Notes: generated from the letters alone by a model not told the origin. A DNA stretch of 64,000 bases from Octopus bimaculoides (GCF_001194135.2 NC_068986.1:78147769-78211768); one strand, 5' to 3'; counted from the stretch's first letter, positions 26,705 through 39,438 are shown. Made by a program: numbers and translations.

Positions 26705-26728
26705 AATGATGATAATGATGATGATGAT
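26495..26728 (+). mobile_element. RTE 3' terminal block with expanded (GAT)n tail
   Basis: ggcacccactacactcttggagtgg...gcatggaaaacggacgtttaatgatgatg, followed by about 20 GAT/AAT units. Confidence 0.85.
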
Positions 26729-27088
26729 ATATATATAAAGTATGAGGGGTTTAGTTCACTGGTGATCTAAATGAATAGGTACACAGAGAAAGTGCTATAA
26801 TTGATCATCCATTAGGTTCCAAGTTCACAGCTGAGGCTGGAGCTAGTGATCCGTAGTAGGCTTCTGAGGTAGCAAGTATACATTGTATTAGAGGAAAAGA
26901 TTTTTCAAACATACTCACCTTGTCTCTGATAATGGAATACCCAATGTACAGACAGGCTAGTCTATCACTTGGGATATCTCAGAAACAGCTGTAAGACTTC
27001 AAATTCATCTTACCCTAATTAAATTATTATAAATGATTTGAGATACCTGTCCTGCCTTGGTTTTTGTTGTCCTTTTTCTTCTAATATA

Positions 27089-27136
<48 letters not shown>

Positions 27137-27137
<1 letters not shown>

Positions 27138-27770
27138 TGGCGTTAGGAAGGGCATCCAGCTGTAGAAACTCTGCCAAATTAGATTGGAGTCTGGTGTTGC
27201 CATCTGGTTTCACCAGTCCTCAGTCAAATCGTCCAACCCATGCTAGCATGGAAAGCGGACGTTAAACGATGATGATGATGATGATGATATATATCATCAT
27301 CATCATCGTCGTCGTTGTCATTGTCGTTTAACATCCTCTTTCCATGCTGGCTTAGGTTGGGCAGTTTAACAGGACTGGCAAGTCAGGAGGCTATACCAAC
27401 CTCCTATCTGTTTTGGCAAGGTTTCTACAGCTGGATGCCCTTCCTTACACCAACCACTCCAAGAGTATAGAGGGTGCTTTTTACATGCCACTGGCATAGG
27501 GGTCAGTCAGGCGGCACCAGCATTGACCATGCTCGAATGGTGCTTTTTATGTGCCACCGGCACATGAGCCAGTCCAGCAGCACTGACATTGACCACACTC
27601 ATATGGTACTTTTTACGTGCCACCAGCATGGGAGTCAGTCCAGCGTCACTGGCATCGAGCACACTCATATGGTGCTTTTTTATATGCCACCAGCATGGGA
27701 GCCAGGCTGTTGGCACTGGCATCAACCATGCTCAAATGTTGCTTTTTACATGCCACCATAGTCATGTGGG
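27137..27770. mobile_element. Two RTE 3' ends tail-to-tail (+ at 27137-27290, - at 27295-27770)
   Basis: Same terminal block in opposite orientations. The minus copy holds at least four 66-bp units. Confidence 0.9.
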
Positions 27771-27805
27771 GCTATGTTAAATTATTATTAAATATATACA
27801 TACAT

Positions 27806-27842
<37 letters not shown>

Positions 27843-27859
27843 AAGTAAAATTACCTTCT

Positions 27860-28088
27860 TGAGTCACACTGACTCATAAGGGCCGGTTTCTCAGTTTCTG
27901 TGGGGTAAAAATTCCCCACCTGGAGTGGACACCAGTCAATCACAGGATTACTCATTTTTGCCAGCTGAGTGTACTGGAGTAACATACAATGAAGTGTTTT
28001 GTTCAAGAACACAACACATTGCCTGGTCCAGGCATCGGGGCCACAATCTTATAATCATGAGTCCCGCACCCTAATTACTAAGCTACAA
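27860..28088 (-). mobile_element. tRNA-headed SINE, family D (CORE/V-like)
   Basis: attactcatttttgccagctgagtg...gaagtgttttgttcaagaacacaa...ccctaattactaagc. Homologous to 41375-41620. Confidence 0.75.
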
Positions 28089-28544
28089 CCCCCCCCCCCC
28101 CCNNNNNNNNNNGTATGTATAAACAGTACCTCTGAGACCTTTAGCTAGACATTGTAGTGCAAAACTCAAGATATTTTTGGTGACTGTATCTTGGTGCTGC
28201 TGAAATTTTGTTGAAGTAGATAGCTTAACCTGTCCACACTGATGATGGTTCTTGAAGTTTCTGTTAAGAAGAAGCTTTGCAAATCTAGAATATGTGTGTC
28301 TAAAATCTATGTAGATGATTCCTGTATGTTAAACAGAAATGAAGATGGGTTATCATGTGCATGTGTTGGCATGTACTTGGAAGTAAGGTAACAGCATGAT
28401 AGCAATTGATGTATGAAAGGAAATGTGTGGGTGACATAATATATATAATATCCAACCTTACTTACTACCTCTTCCCAGGCTTTGCCTGAGTGTGTTAGTT
28501 CATATGCAATATGTCTGTGGGTATAAATATACGAAGTACATGTT

Positions 28545-28599
<55 letters not shown>

Positions 28600-28634
28600 A
28601 TACATATACATATATATGTATGTATGTATATATG

Positions 28635-28673
<39 letters not shown>

Positions 28674-28957
28674 GTGTAATTCATATATTTGAAGATATAC
28701 AAAAAGTGTGTGTACATATACAAAACTTGTGTATAAATTGTATATATGTATATACACACAATATATTGCATATGCCCACCCACACACACATCACAAAAAA
28801 AGATGATAGAAAGTGAGAATGAGGAGTCAGTAAAAGAGAATTTTTACAGAGGATTTGAGTTTCTATTAAAATACACACATGCAGACATAGACATATATAT
28901 AAATATGCAGACACATATTCATGTATTCATACATATATACATGCATACACTAAGACT

Positions 28958-28988
<31 letters not shown>

Positions 28989-29499
28989 GCATACTCTCAT
29001 CTAGCTAAAGTTGCAAAACATATCTTTCACACACACATACACGCACAAACATGTACGCATATTCCATTTGCTAAGTAAAACAATGGTAACCATGAATGAA
29101 AATTTTCTAAAGTCTGTTGTCAACTTCACTTAAGAGAATATCATTATTATATATGAATAACACTTAAGTTTTTATTCGATACTTTCAGTCTTTAATATAC
29201 ATCATGGTAAAAATAACCCCTGCTGACAAACATGGAATATTAATTCTAGTTTGATATGTAATTATTTTACTTTGACTTCACAAGAAATTTCATATGGCGC
29301 CTCTTCTGTATTTATATTTTGAAGTTTTCATGGTCTTGGTTCCGAGTGCGTTAAAATTAAAATTTTCTGTTAAGTATATTTTACTTTGGAAACGAATAAA
29401 TAAAATAGAACAAAAAGGAAAAATCTTAGTTCTTATTGAAAAAAGAAAATGAATTTAGTGCTAATAATTTGTGTGCAGTGCATTTATCATATATATATA

Positions 29500-29806
29500 T
29501 ATACACATGACCGAGACCTTTGGAAATGTGCTGTGCGTGAGAAGACCCGGCAAGCCAAGTAAGATCGTTGCCAGTGCCCCTGGACTGGTTCTTGTGCGGG
29601 TGGCACATGAGATGCACCATTTTGAGCGTGGCCGTTGCCAGTACCGCCTGACTGGCTCCCATAGGATTTTCGAGCGAGATCGTTGCCAGTGCCCCTGGAC
29701 TGGCTTGTGCGGGTGGCACATAAAAGACACCATTTCGAGCGTGGCCGTTTTCGTGCGGGTGACACGTAAAAGCACCCACTACACTCTCTGAGTGGTTGAC
29801 GTTAGG
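29500..29806 (+). mobile_element. Young RTE 3' end (CpG-rich), cut by a gap
   Basis: gaccgagacctttggaaatgtgctgtgcgtgagaagacccggcaagccaagtaag followed by tandem units. Confidence 0.9.
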
Positions 29807-30019
29807 NNNNNNNNNNNNNNNNNNNNNNNNNNNNNNNNNNNNNNNNNNNNNNNNNNNNNNNNNNNNNNNNNNNNNNNNNNNNNNNNNNNNNNNNNNNNNN
29901 NNNNNNNNNNNNNNNNNNNNNNNNNNNNNNNNNNNNNNNNNNNNNNNNNNNNNNNNNNNNNNNNNNNNNNNNNNNNNNNNNNNNNNNNNNNNNNNNNNNN
30001 NNNNNNNNNNNNNNNNNNN

Positions 30020-30079
<60 letters not shown>

Positions 30080-30169
30080 TGATGTTTCTATGGTCTTGGT
30101 TATGACTTTGTTGTAAATAAGATTTCTGTTAAATATTAGATTTTTTACTTAGGAAATAAAGTTGTAATA

Positions 30170-30520
30170 ATAACGATGATGATGCAATGCCCAGATGCAA
30201 TGCCCAGGTAGTGGTTCTGGTGGCTTCTGATCAGTTATGATTGAAAGTGTTATCATGTACATGTTCTGTCTTGGTGTAAAAAATGGGCTACGGCAAATAT
30301 TCTGCTCAATACCACAGATATGCTTGTCAGTTGTTTGATCTTAACTAGTTGAACCTTAGTGGCTAATTATATGTGCATCTCTGATCATGAGCAGGTGTAG
30401 TGGGAGAGCACCATAGCCATGTTTTGAGAGGAATTAATTGGGGTTTGAATAATTGACCTGTCGAAACATGGGTGTTTTGTTCATCATCCATAAATATCCT
30501 TATTCAGGGACATTAGGAGA
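30170..30520. repeat. Probable interspersed repeat, unclassified
   Basis: Non-coding block whose composition differs from the flanks. I recall similar sequence as a common octopus repeat but cannot verify this from the window. Confidence 0.35.
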
Positions 30521-30523
30521 GGG

Positions 30524-30630
30524 GAAATAGGCATAAAACCTAGTTTAATGTAGCTCCAGGAAACAGTATTATTAGGGACAGCTAGCATACTTAGGGAGGT
30601 TTTTGGCATCTATGGTTACTTTTAGAAGCC
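30524..30630 (+). mobile_element. R4/Dong-like (RLE-type) LINE C-terminal remnant
   Basis: EIGIKPSLM*LQETVLLGTASILREVFGIYGYF* matches the xQKxVLLGTARILRKVL C-terminal motif of R4/Dong/Rex6 elements. Confidence 0.65.
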
Positions 30631-30744
30631 CAATGATGTTAGGAATTTGCTCCAACAAATGAAATGATAATAATAATCCTTTCTACTAAAGGATGAAAGG
30701 CAAAGTCGACCTCAGTGGGATTTGAACTCAGCACATAGTAATAA

Positions 30745-30955
30745 TAATTCTTTCTACTAAAGGCTGGAAATTTTTTGGGGGTGGGGACTAGTTGATTACA
30801 TTGGCCACAGCGTTTCACTGCTACTTAATTTGTTGACCCTGAAAGGATGAAAGGCAAAGTCAATCTCAGCGGAATTTGAACTCAGAATGTTGCAATGGGT
30901 GAAATACCGTTAAGCATTTCACCTAATGTACTAACGATTTTTCAGTTCGCCACCT
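30745..30955 (-). mobile_element. SINE family C copy (with a short duplicated fragment at 30680-30735)
   Basis: gaaaggatgaaaggcaaagtcaatctcagcggaatttgaactcag...gttcgccacctt, followed by (TAC)n(TAA)n to about 31033. Confidence 0.8.
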
Positions 30956-31034
<79 letters not shown>

Positions 31035-31904
31035 CTTGGTTCTCTGAATCTGGTTCCCCCTCTTTCTACAATATACCATTGCTAATTATAAATAACACCC
31101 ATAGTAAAATATCCAACTTGCTGTTACTTAGGTCTTTAGGTGAGACTTAGACCAGCTCATACAAAACACAGCAACAACAACAACAACAACAACTATAATA
31201 ATAATAGTAATGATAATAATAATAATAATAATAATAACAATAATAATAATGATAGTAGTAGTAGAATAAAAAGCAAAACTTGGTTTTTGTTGGAAAAGAA
31301 ATGATCTTATCAGTAAGAATTTTTGTGTAGCACAAAATGCTGTTTAAAATGTTACAGTCAATGCTAATATGAGAAGATTTGTGTAGTGTTTACGTCAAAT
31401 CAAATATGCAAGGCAGAGCTTTGAGTCCAATCACTATGGATTATTGTGCATGAGGCAACAAGTTTTTGGCAGAGAAAGCAGTAGAAACCCAAACATATAA
31501 CTACAAAATATTATATTTAGCAATTCTTTTTTTTTATTTATTGTAACTAGCTTTGCAATAAATAAGCTGTGGTTCAGTACATACAAATTCATATACACAG
31601 TTACATAGTACATATACACCTGTGCACAGTCCAATGCTTACTTATGCATACATACATGTTTGCATGTGAGATGGGCCAATACTTTAAACCAACTCATAGT
31701 GCGATCATTTGAGCTGCTAGAAATGACAACCAAATTTTTCTCTAATCTCTACTGAATTCAGAAAGAAAGGATACATTGATAATGTTGCCCTACATATGCC
31801 AAGTTCCCTGAGATACCCTGAGGAGATACTCTGATCATAGTTCTGCTCTCTCAGAATTAGTGTGGTGCTAAATAGCAATGATAATACAAGGGCATCTCAC
31901 TCAT

Positions 31905-32103
31905 TCACTCACACACGTGCACACACACACACACACACACACACACCCACACACATGCTCACACACATACACACACACACACAACACACTCATGCTCACA
32001 CACACTTGCACATGCACTCACACACACATATGCTCACTCACATGTGCACACATGCATGTGCACACACATACACTACTCACATACACAAACTCACACACTC
32101 ACA

Positions 32104-32140
<37 letters not shown>
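31905..32140. repeat. Degenerate (CA)n field
   Basis: Direct reading. Confidence 0.9.
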
Positions 32141-32142
<2 letters not shown>

Positions 32143-32523
32143 GCCTTCAGGCAATTCTACCAGCAACTGTAAAACAGTTCTTGTCATGTTCTTCATTTCA
32201 GGTGTCGCATAAGGCTGGTATGGTGAAAACTAGGTTTGGTGAGCTGGCTAAGATAACCTAGTCATAGAACAGTTGAGTGGATATGTGTAATATATCAGAG
32301 TTACTTAATCCCATATTGACCCTAACAGAGCAGACTTATGACCAAAAGTGTTCCACCCTTGACAATTCCATTTTTTATTTTGGCATCATGTATCCCACAT
32401 TATTCAATGTTATCCTTAACTATCCCCCTTTTTGAAGACATAGGTTATGATTTAAGGGTAGTTTAGCTGATATTTTTAGTAAGGCAAGCTACCATGTAGA
32501 CTCTACATGATAGCAGCCAAACT

Positions 32524-33185
32524 CAGTGGTTCTCAATTAGGGTCTGTGTGACCCTTGGGGTTCCATATAAGATTTTGGTGAGGAGGATCACACAAACAAA
32601 CAGTAAATTGGAGATCCAAGGTAGTCTTTTAAGGGTTTATGAAAAATGTTGCTTTGTATTTATTGCTTGAAACAATTGGGTTTCTTTCTCTGATGGTTTA
32701 TATAGTTCAATATGTTTGCAGCCACTGAAACATGTTGCCTCAGAGAGTGTTATTGCAAATGTACACAAGTAAATGCATGAAAAGCAAAACAGGAATATCA
32801 ACCCATTACCTACCAGTGATCTCATATGAGATCACTTAAAAATTACAAATTTCGTAATTATTTGTCAATATTTACACATATCTAACCTTTTTGCCATATC
32901 TACTAGGTATATTTCTCTGATATTCAAATGAGGTTTGCTTATTTTTCACCCAATATCTCGCTTATTTCTATTTAAAATGTTATTTTGATCATTCCAGCCT
33001 GTTTCTAAGGCTGTTTTATGCTAGAAATCAAAGTTTCATAAAAAAATTTCCAGTTAATAGAACTATGGGAGGTAATGGGTTAAGTGAAATATCTATAAAA
33101 TTAACTTTTAAGCATTGAATAGTTATGGGATGTCCATGAGAACAAAATAGTAATTCAAGGGTTAAAAAATGGTTTAGAATCACTG
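32524..33185. mobile_element. hAT-like MITE (interrupted)
   Basis: Ends cagtggttctcaa and tttagaatcactg. No matching TSD seen. Confidence 0.55.
32802..33079. mobile_element. piggyBac-like MITE nested in the hAT MITE
   Basis: TIRs cccattacct and aggtaatggg, flanked by tcaa and ttaa. Confidence 0.65.
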
Positions 33186-33699
33186 ATGTAGAGAGCTCCT
33201 TGTTAGTTTGGTTTCATTTAGTTGTTTAACTCCACATCATCTCTGATTGAGTAATAATCAATTCCACCTGTGGCAGAATCTGCACTAACATGAGCTAGTT
33301 TCCTCCAGGGTATGAATCTATCAGCCAAACTGTTCTGTGCTGACACAGGTCATATTGGATGAGTGTAATTAATTCTGAAGTTTTCCTTCTCCTGGATTGA
33401 CTGCTTTCACCACAGCTAAGAAGCTCAATCTACTCTGACAAAAAAAATCAATTTAACTCTTAGATGGAACCCTAACAGGTACTTCCATTCTGAGTCAAAA
33501 CAGACCTGAGGGTAATAGTAATTGAGAGATAATAACACCATGCTGTCCACAACCTAGAACTCTTGAACTGGAACCTCACCATTGGATGCAGCTTATGTGT
33601 CATATCTAGGATACACCTATGATTGAGTAAACTTAAGATCAAAATCGTTCCAGCCATGACAATTTATGTCTTTTATTCAGGTATTATGTTTCTGATGTG

Positions 33700-33960
33700 A
33701 GTATGCATGGCGTAGTGGTTAGGGCGTTGTAGTCACAATTATGAGATTATGGTTTCAGTTCCTAGACTGGATGGTGTGCTATATTCCTGAGCAAAATGCT
33801 TCATCACATGTTGCTCTTCGATCACCTTGACACCTGACATGTGGTACACTGTGTACCTGTTCAGGCAACATCGATTCGATGGAGGGAGTGAGTTAATTTA
33901 CAGCACATACATTTGATCACTATAAGCAAATCATCTGCACAGATTGTTCAACAAGGAATG
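33700..33960 (+). mobile_element. tRNA-headed SINE (family D variant)
   Basis: A-box tggcgtagtggttag, B-box-like ggtttcagttcct. Its reverse complement aligns to 39635-39850 and 40724-40870. Confidence 0.7.
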
Positions 33961-34250
33961 ACAGAGTCTTTTTTCTCGGTCTGCGAGAGACTACCACCAT
34001 GTACCTTATACACCCCTGTACTTCACAGTCTTAGGATTTGACTGTTATTTCTTGAAAGTTCAGAGACCATGTAAAAGTGTCTTTGCTGCTTTATCAATCA
34101 TAAAGAAATTTAATGGTGACAGATGAGTTGACTTTTGAGATGTACTAACTTATTTGGTTATTGTTGTTGTTCTTTAGCCTCAGGTCAGCATTTATCAAAC
34201 AAGCCTATAATTCAAACCATTCTTTGACCATCCTGCTATTTTCTCTTGAC

Positions 34251-34396
34251 CAGTCATATACAACCTGTGATCTGTGGGACCTTCAGAATGGTACACCTAA
34301 TGAAAAATTTCCATTAATGTTTTTGGTAGTGTGGCTTGCCTAATGATGAGCCAAGTGTCATGTGGCCCACTTCGAGAAAATAGTTGCTGATACTCG
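34251..34396. mobile_element. Possible decayed hAT-Charlie MITE
   Basis: Degenerate ends; flanks ctcttgac and ctctagcc (6/8 match, NTCTAGAN-like). Confidence 0.35.
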
Positions 34397-34409
34397 CTCT
34401 AGCCATATT

Positions 34410-34625
34410 GGTTTCAAATTTTGGCATAATGTCAGCAGTTTTAGGGGAGAGGGCAAGTAAGTTACATAGACCCCAGGGCTCAACTGGTACTTATTTTATA
34501 GACCCCTGAAAAGATGAAAGGCAAAGTCGACCATGGCAGAATTTGAATTTAGAATATAAAGACAGGTGACATGTTGTTAAGCATTTTTCCCAGCATGCTA
34601 ATGATTCTGCCAGCTCACTGCCTTA
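34410..34625 (-). mobile_element. SINE family C copy
   Basis: gatgaaaggcaaagtcgaccatggcagaatttgaattt...gccagctcactgcctt. Confidence 0.8.
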
Positions 34626-35989
34626 GCCTGATATAGACATATTATAACCTTGATTAGATTATCTAATGTGCATTTTTGTCTTCTAGGTTGGTAGAGTGAG
34701 GTTTGAGAGAGATTAGGCTGATTTTTTCTAGCAGACTTCACACAATAATTAAACTCATAACAATAGTCAATGTGATTGTAACCATGACCTCTATATATGC
34801 CCTACAAGTAAGTTTATTATTGGTGTAACAAAAAAAAAAAAAAAAAAAATACCAAAAACAGAAAAGAAAAACTCAAACAAAGAAACGATAAAACAAGTAG
34901 AAAAAAAACACTGACTCTATGAGACTATCTGAAGCAGTTCATCTCAAGTATTAATGCCAAAAATGTTGTAATATCATAACTGGTAATTTGAACAGTCATA
35001 TTCAAGAAACTACAAGACAAGTAAACGTGAAATAGCAAAATAAGTACCATGAAGGTATATGATGAAATGAAGAAGGCTCACACTTCAGAAAGCCTAATAT
35101 CCAACTGGTTGCTTGCCTACCTCTCTGGTGAGCATGAAAGGGAAATTAAATCTGTACTTAACAAAAAGGGAAATGTCAGATGCTTGTGATAAAGGTGGTT
35201 GCAGACTTTGTGTTGGGACCGATGAAGATTGAGAAGCAAAAAAAAAACAAAAAACAAATAAGGCAAAATAAAATCTATACCAAAGAGTTTCAACAAGGAT
35301 TCACCATCACTACCACCACCACCGCCACTGCCACCGCCACCACCACCGCCGCCACCACCACAGCCACNNNNNNNNNNNNNNNNNNNNNNNNNNNNNNNNN
35401 NNNNNNNNNNNNGCCACCACCGCCACCACCTCCACCACCACTGCCACCACCATCACTGTTTAATGCCACTTTTTCCAAGCTTGCATGTTTCTACAGCTGG
35501 ATGCTCTTCCTAATGCCAACCACTTTGCAGAGTGTATTGGGTGCATTTGTTTGTGACACCAGTACTAGTGAGGTCACCAAGTACTCCAAAGCAAGACCCC
35601 TTAACTGTAAGGGGTATAGTATTGGAGAGTGTGAAATTATGATAGAGAGGGAAATCTCATAAACAGCAGAAAATGATGCATTCCTAAGGAATAACCTGCT
35701 GCAATGCCTTGATTTGTTCTAGGGATGGGTTGGATCTTTACCTAAATAGGGAGCGACAAGGTGGAGGAAATAGTTATAAGAGTTGTTATAGTCCAAGAAG
35801 ATATGAAAGAGAGGAAGTATCAGGTTAAAATATTAAAAAGCTTGATAGAAGAAAAAAGCTGCAAGTAGGATGTTTGTTTATGTTTGGCATTATGTGAATT
35901 GCTTTGAAATGCAAAGCAGTATGTTTGTATGATCCATAATGTTACTGGAGTTAAATGTAATCAAAATACGGAAGAGATAACAGCCATCA

Positions 35990-36380
35990 TCATCATCATT
36001 TAACGTCTGTTTTCCATGCTGGCATGGGTTGGATGGTTTAACTGCAGGCTGGCAAGCCAGTAGGCTGCACCAGGCTCCAATCTGATCTGGTAAGGTTTCT
36101 ACAGCTAAATGCCCTTTCTAATGCCAACCACTCTGGGAGTGTAGTTGGTGCTTTTTATGTGCCACTGACAAGGGGGGGGGGGCTGTCAGGTGGCACTGGC
36201 ATTAACCATGTTTGGGTGGTGCCTTTTATGTGCCACCAGCATGGGGAGCCAGTCAGGCAGCACTGGCATTGACTCACACTTGAATGGTGCCTTTTATGTG
36301 CCACCAACATGGGTGCCAGTCAGACAGCATTGGCATCGGCTACAACTTCATTTTCCATTTTGATTTTGATTTTGATTTGA
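35990..36380 (-). mobile_element. RTE 3' UTR copy (about 3 tandem units)
   Basis: (CAT)n-ttaacgtctgtttccatgctggc... with gtgccac units. Confidence 0.85.
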
Positions 36381-37329
36381 AAGGAATTAACTAAGAAATG
36401 TAATAGAATGAACCACATGAGTGGGATATTGAGAGATTACCTCAGTGAAGCTGACAGAAGGTTAGCTTAGGTTTGTCATGAGCTCTAAGATTCATAAGGC
36501 ACGATCTTTAACTCAGTTTTCATGGCATATAAATGACTGAGATTACAATACTCCTCACTGAATGGGATGCTGGTCTGTCAAAGGGTTAACTTCCCAGCTA
36601 TTACTAGGATTAATTTACCACTGAGTGAACTGGAGCACTGTGAAATAAGGCATTTTGCTCAAGAACACAACAGACTGCCCAGTTCAGAAATTGAGACTAC
36701 AATCTTTTGATCGTGAGTGCAGCACTAACCATTATCTACTGAGCCATGTTAGCTATTGAGGTAAAAACTTCAGTATAGATTTTAATACTGATATTAAAGA
36801 GATGAAAGTAGAAACAGCAGACCCAACTGGGATTGTTGCTAGATTTTGAATGTCTTCATCTAGGTAGCTACTATTTGCTTAGTTGTTGATTGTTGTTAGG
36901 CTCCAGGCCAACTATGACTGAACAGAGGCTTTGAGGAAAGACGTTCCAAAAATGAGTATTGCATATTTTTATTAAGGACTATATTGTCAAATGTATGCTT
37001 CACTTTTAAGTTGATAAGATGTATTTGAGGGAGATTTAGCTACTATTTCTGGTAGATTGAACAACCATGAAGATGATTCCTTGTTGACTCATAGTTGCTC
37101 AGCAAAGAATAAATTACTTCACTTTCTTATCTGTTTACATGATTTGTAGTCGAGTGAGAGCTCAGTAAAGTGTTTAGATGATTGGGTTTTTTTCCCACTA
37201 GAATTATATTTTATATCAAAATTAATTAAAATAGCAATGCTGGTTACAAGTTTTCAGTGAGCTAGATGTAATGGAGTAGTTAATAGTAGAAGCACCCTGA
37301 ATATAGGACTTCTCAGATGGTATCATGAG

Positions 37330-37740
37330 ATACATGTTACCTATATGATCTGATCAGTTCTAATGCTGGTTGTAGGAAGTGCATAAAGTGAAGAAGCAGG
37401 GGAAGAAATTTAGTAAGTTAATACCATAGTTGTCAATAAAGAGGTTCTTTCTCAGGACAATAGCAGGTGATAGGAAGCTTTTGCAAAAGAAATGTGATGC
37501 TGCATCATAAGAAAACATTAGGCATAGGATGTAGAAGATCTGTGGAGGCTGGAGAAGAAATGAGGTGAGCATGTTTTGTAATGTATAAAGGACAGAGCAA
37601 AATTGAGCTGAGAGAGCAGCTGGGTATTAAAGGCTTTAGCCAATGTATACAGGTGAGTCAATTACGAAGTTATGAATATGTTTATGGTAATGGAAAAGGA
37701 AATCTGTGTGGAAAAGTGCCATGATAGTTCAAGAGGGACC
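37330..37740 (+). mobile_element. Decayed RTE C-terminal fragment
   Basis: ...VEDLWRLEK... and SKIELREQLGIKGFSQCIQVSQLR...CVEKCH, collinear with the copy at 334-965. Confidence 0.6.
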
Positions 37741-37899
37741 CACAACTGAATATTATTCCTTATGATTGCATTGCTGCTATGCACATGAATATCCTTGTCT
37801 GCGTTCAAATGAAAACTACCTGATTAAATAGTACAAGTCCCTAAACTATACACTTCAACATCTAACCTGCTGACACGTCATCCCCTCATGTCATCTTTA

Positions 37900-38100
37900 C
37901 TACAGTTACTACTACTGCTACAACTACCACTCTTACTGTACTCATCACTTCTCAGCTGCTTGCTTATCAGCTTCACCCCCACCCCATCCAATATGATCTT
38001 ATCTCCTCCTCTTGTAACTTCTACATATTCTCTCAAACCAGGTCTTGCACTAACAGCTGTCTCTGAGCCCTTTCTCTCCAGAATGTCATGTCATTCACTG
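37900..38100 (-). mobile_element. Possible decayed RTE endonuclease fragment
   Basis: ...LLVQ...SYWMG / DGVGVKL, loosely similar to APE N-terminal motifs. Confidence 0.3.
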
Positions 38101-38234
38101 GAATTTTCCTCCCCACCACACATGTCTGTTCTGCAATCATAGATGTGCAGTTGTTGATGAGTATCACCAGTTTCAAAACAGCCTGCAAAGATCAAGTTCA
38201 AGGATACAGCCTTTACCCTCTGACTAAACCAATT

Positions 38235-38385
38235 TAAAGACATGGGAAGAAGTGATTAAGTCAGATCTCAAGATGCTGAACTTCACAGAGGATATGACAA
38301 GATATTGAGATTAGTGCCATCATACATACAGTACAACAGACTCAAACAATTTCTGTCAGCATGAATAGATGGACATTAATATATT
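38235..38385 (+). mobile_element. RTE 3' fragment
   Basis: KTWEEVIKSDLKMLNFTEDMTR. Confidence 0.7.
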
Positions 38386-39398
38386 AATAACAATAAGTTA
38401 GATGGTGTAGAACAGACACCAGTATTTTGACACACCTGTTGTACACACCTGCCATATTGGTTTGTTATAAAAGCAAGCTGCATGCAGGAGTTAAGAAGTT
38501 AGGCAGTAACAGATTTAGTATGAAATTTAGAAAAGAGATACAGACAGAGAAGATAAAGGGAGAGAAAGAGAGGAGAGAGAGAGAGAGAGGAGAGAAAGAG
38601 AAAAAGAGGAGAGAGAGACAGAGAGAGAGGAGAGAGACAAAAAAATCCAAAATAAACAAAAATCTTACTTGGTCAAAATATACTCTGCAACTCTTTTTAT
38701 TATAATTTTTTAAACATGGAACAAAAAAAAAGAACAATGAAGGTGAATGGTCAATAATTGTAGCCAATCCAATAAAAATATTTGTACCAAATTAATTTAA
38801 AGGTTGTATCTAATAAATAATTAAAAATAAAATTAACTAAGATAAATAACTCAACAGCGCCAATAGTATGAATTATGAATTTGAATAAGTAAGTCTAAAG
38901 TTGATGAACTGAATGTTGTATGTAAAAAAATTCTTAACTCAAATTTCCCTCGTTGTTGGAGAAAGCAACCAAAAACCTAGCAGTAATTCTTAGTAATGCT
39001 CAAAGAAAGCGGGAGATTATTTCAAGAAAACGAGCTTTAATTTCTTAAGTAACTTCACATGCTTAGTGAAAGGAGTGTCTGAATGTTCTTTCCAGGCAAA
39101 AGACAACATTGGATATACATTTTGGTTTATTACACCTCATCAGCAGAGCACAGTATAATGAAGTCTGCCAATCATTTGACATAAATTTTCAGATATAGAA
39201 AAAGAATTACAAATAGTTTTGGCTAGTATAATTTGCATAAATTTTGAAAGATAAAATGAGCTATGGCAAATAACTCAAAATGTAATTTATGATAGAAAAT
39301 ATTGCATGCGCGCATGCGTATGTGTGTGTATGTGTGTGTGTGTGTGTGTGTATGTGTGTGTATGTGTGTGTATGTGTGTGTGTATGTGTGTGTGTATG

Positions 39399-39438
<40 letters not shown>

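Noticed and set aside
26905-26960. HLVSDNG, resembling an integrase core motif; also a strong minus-strand donor at about 26918
   Set aside because: Short match followed by a stop, with no other integrase motifs. The best acceptor for the minus-strand exon gives stops in all frames.
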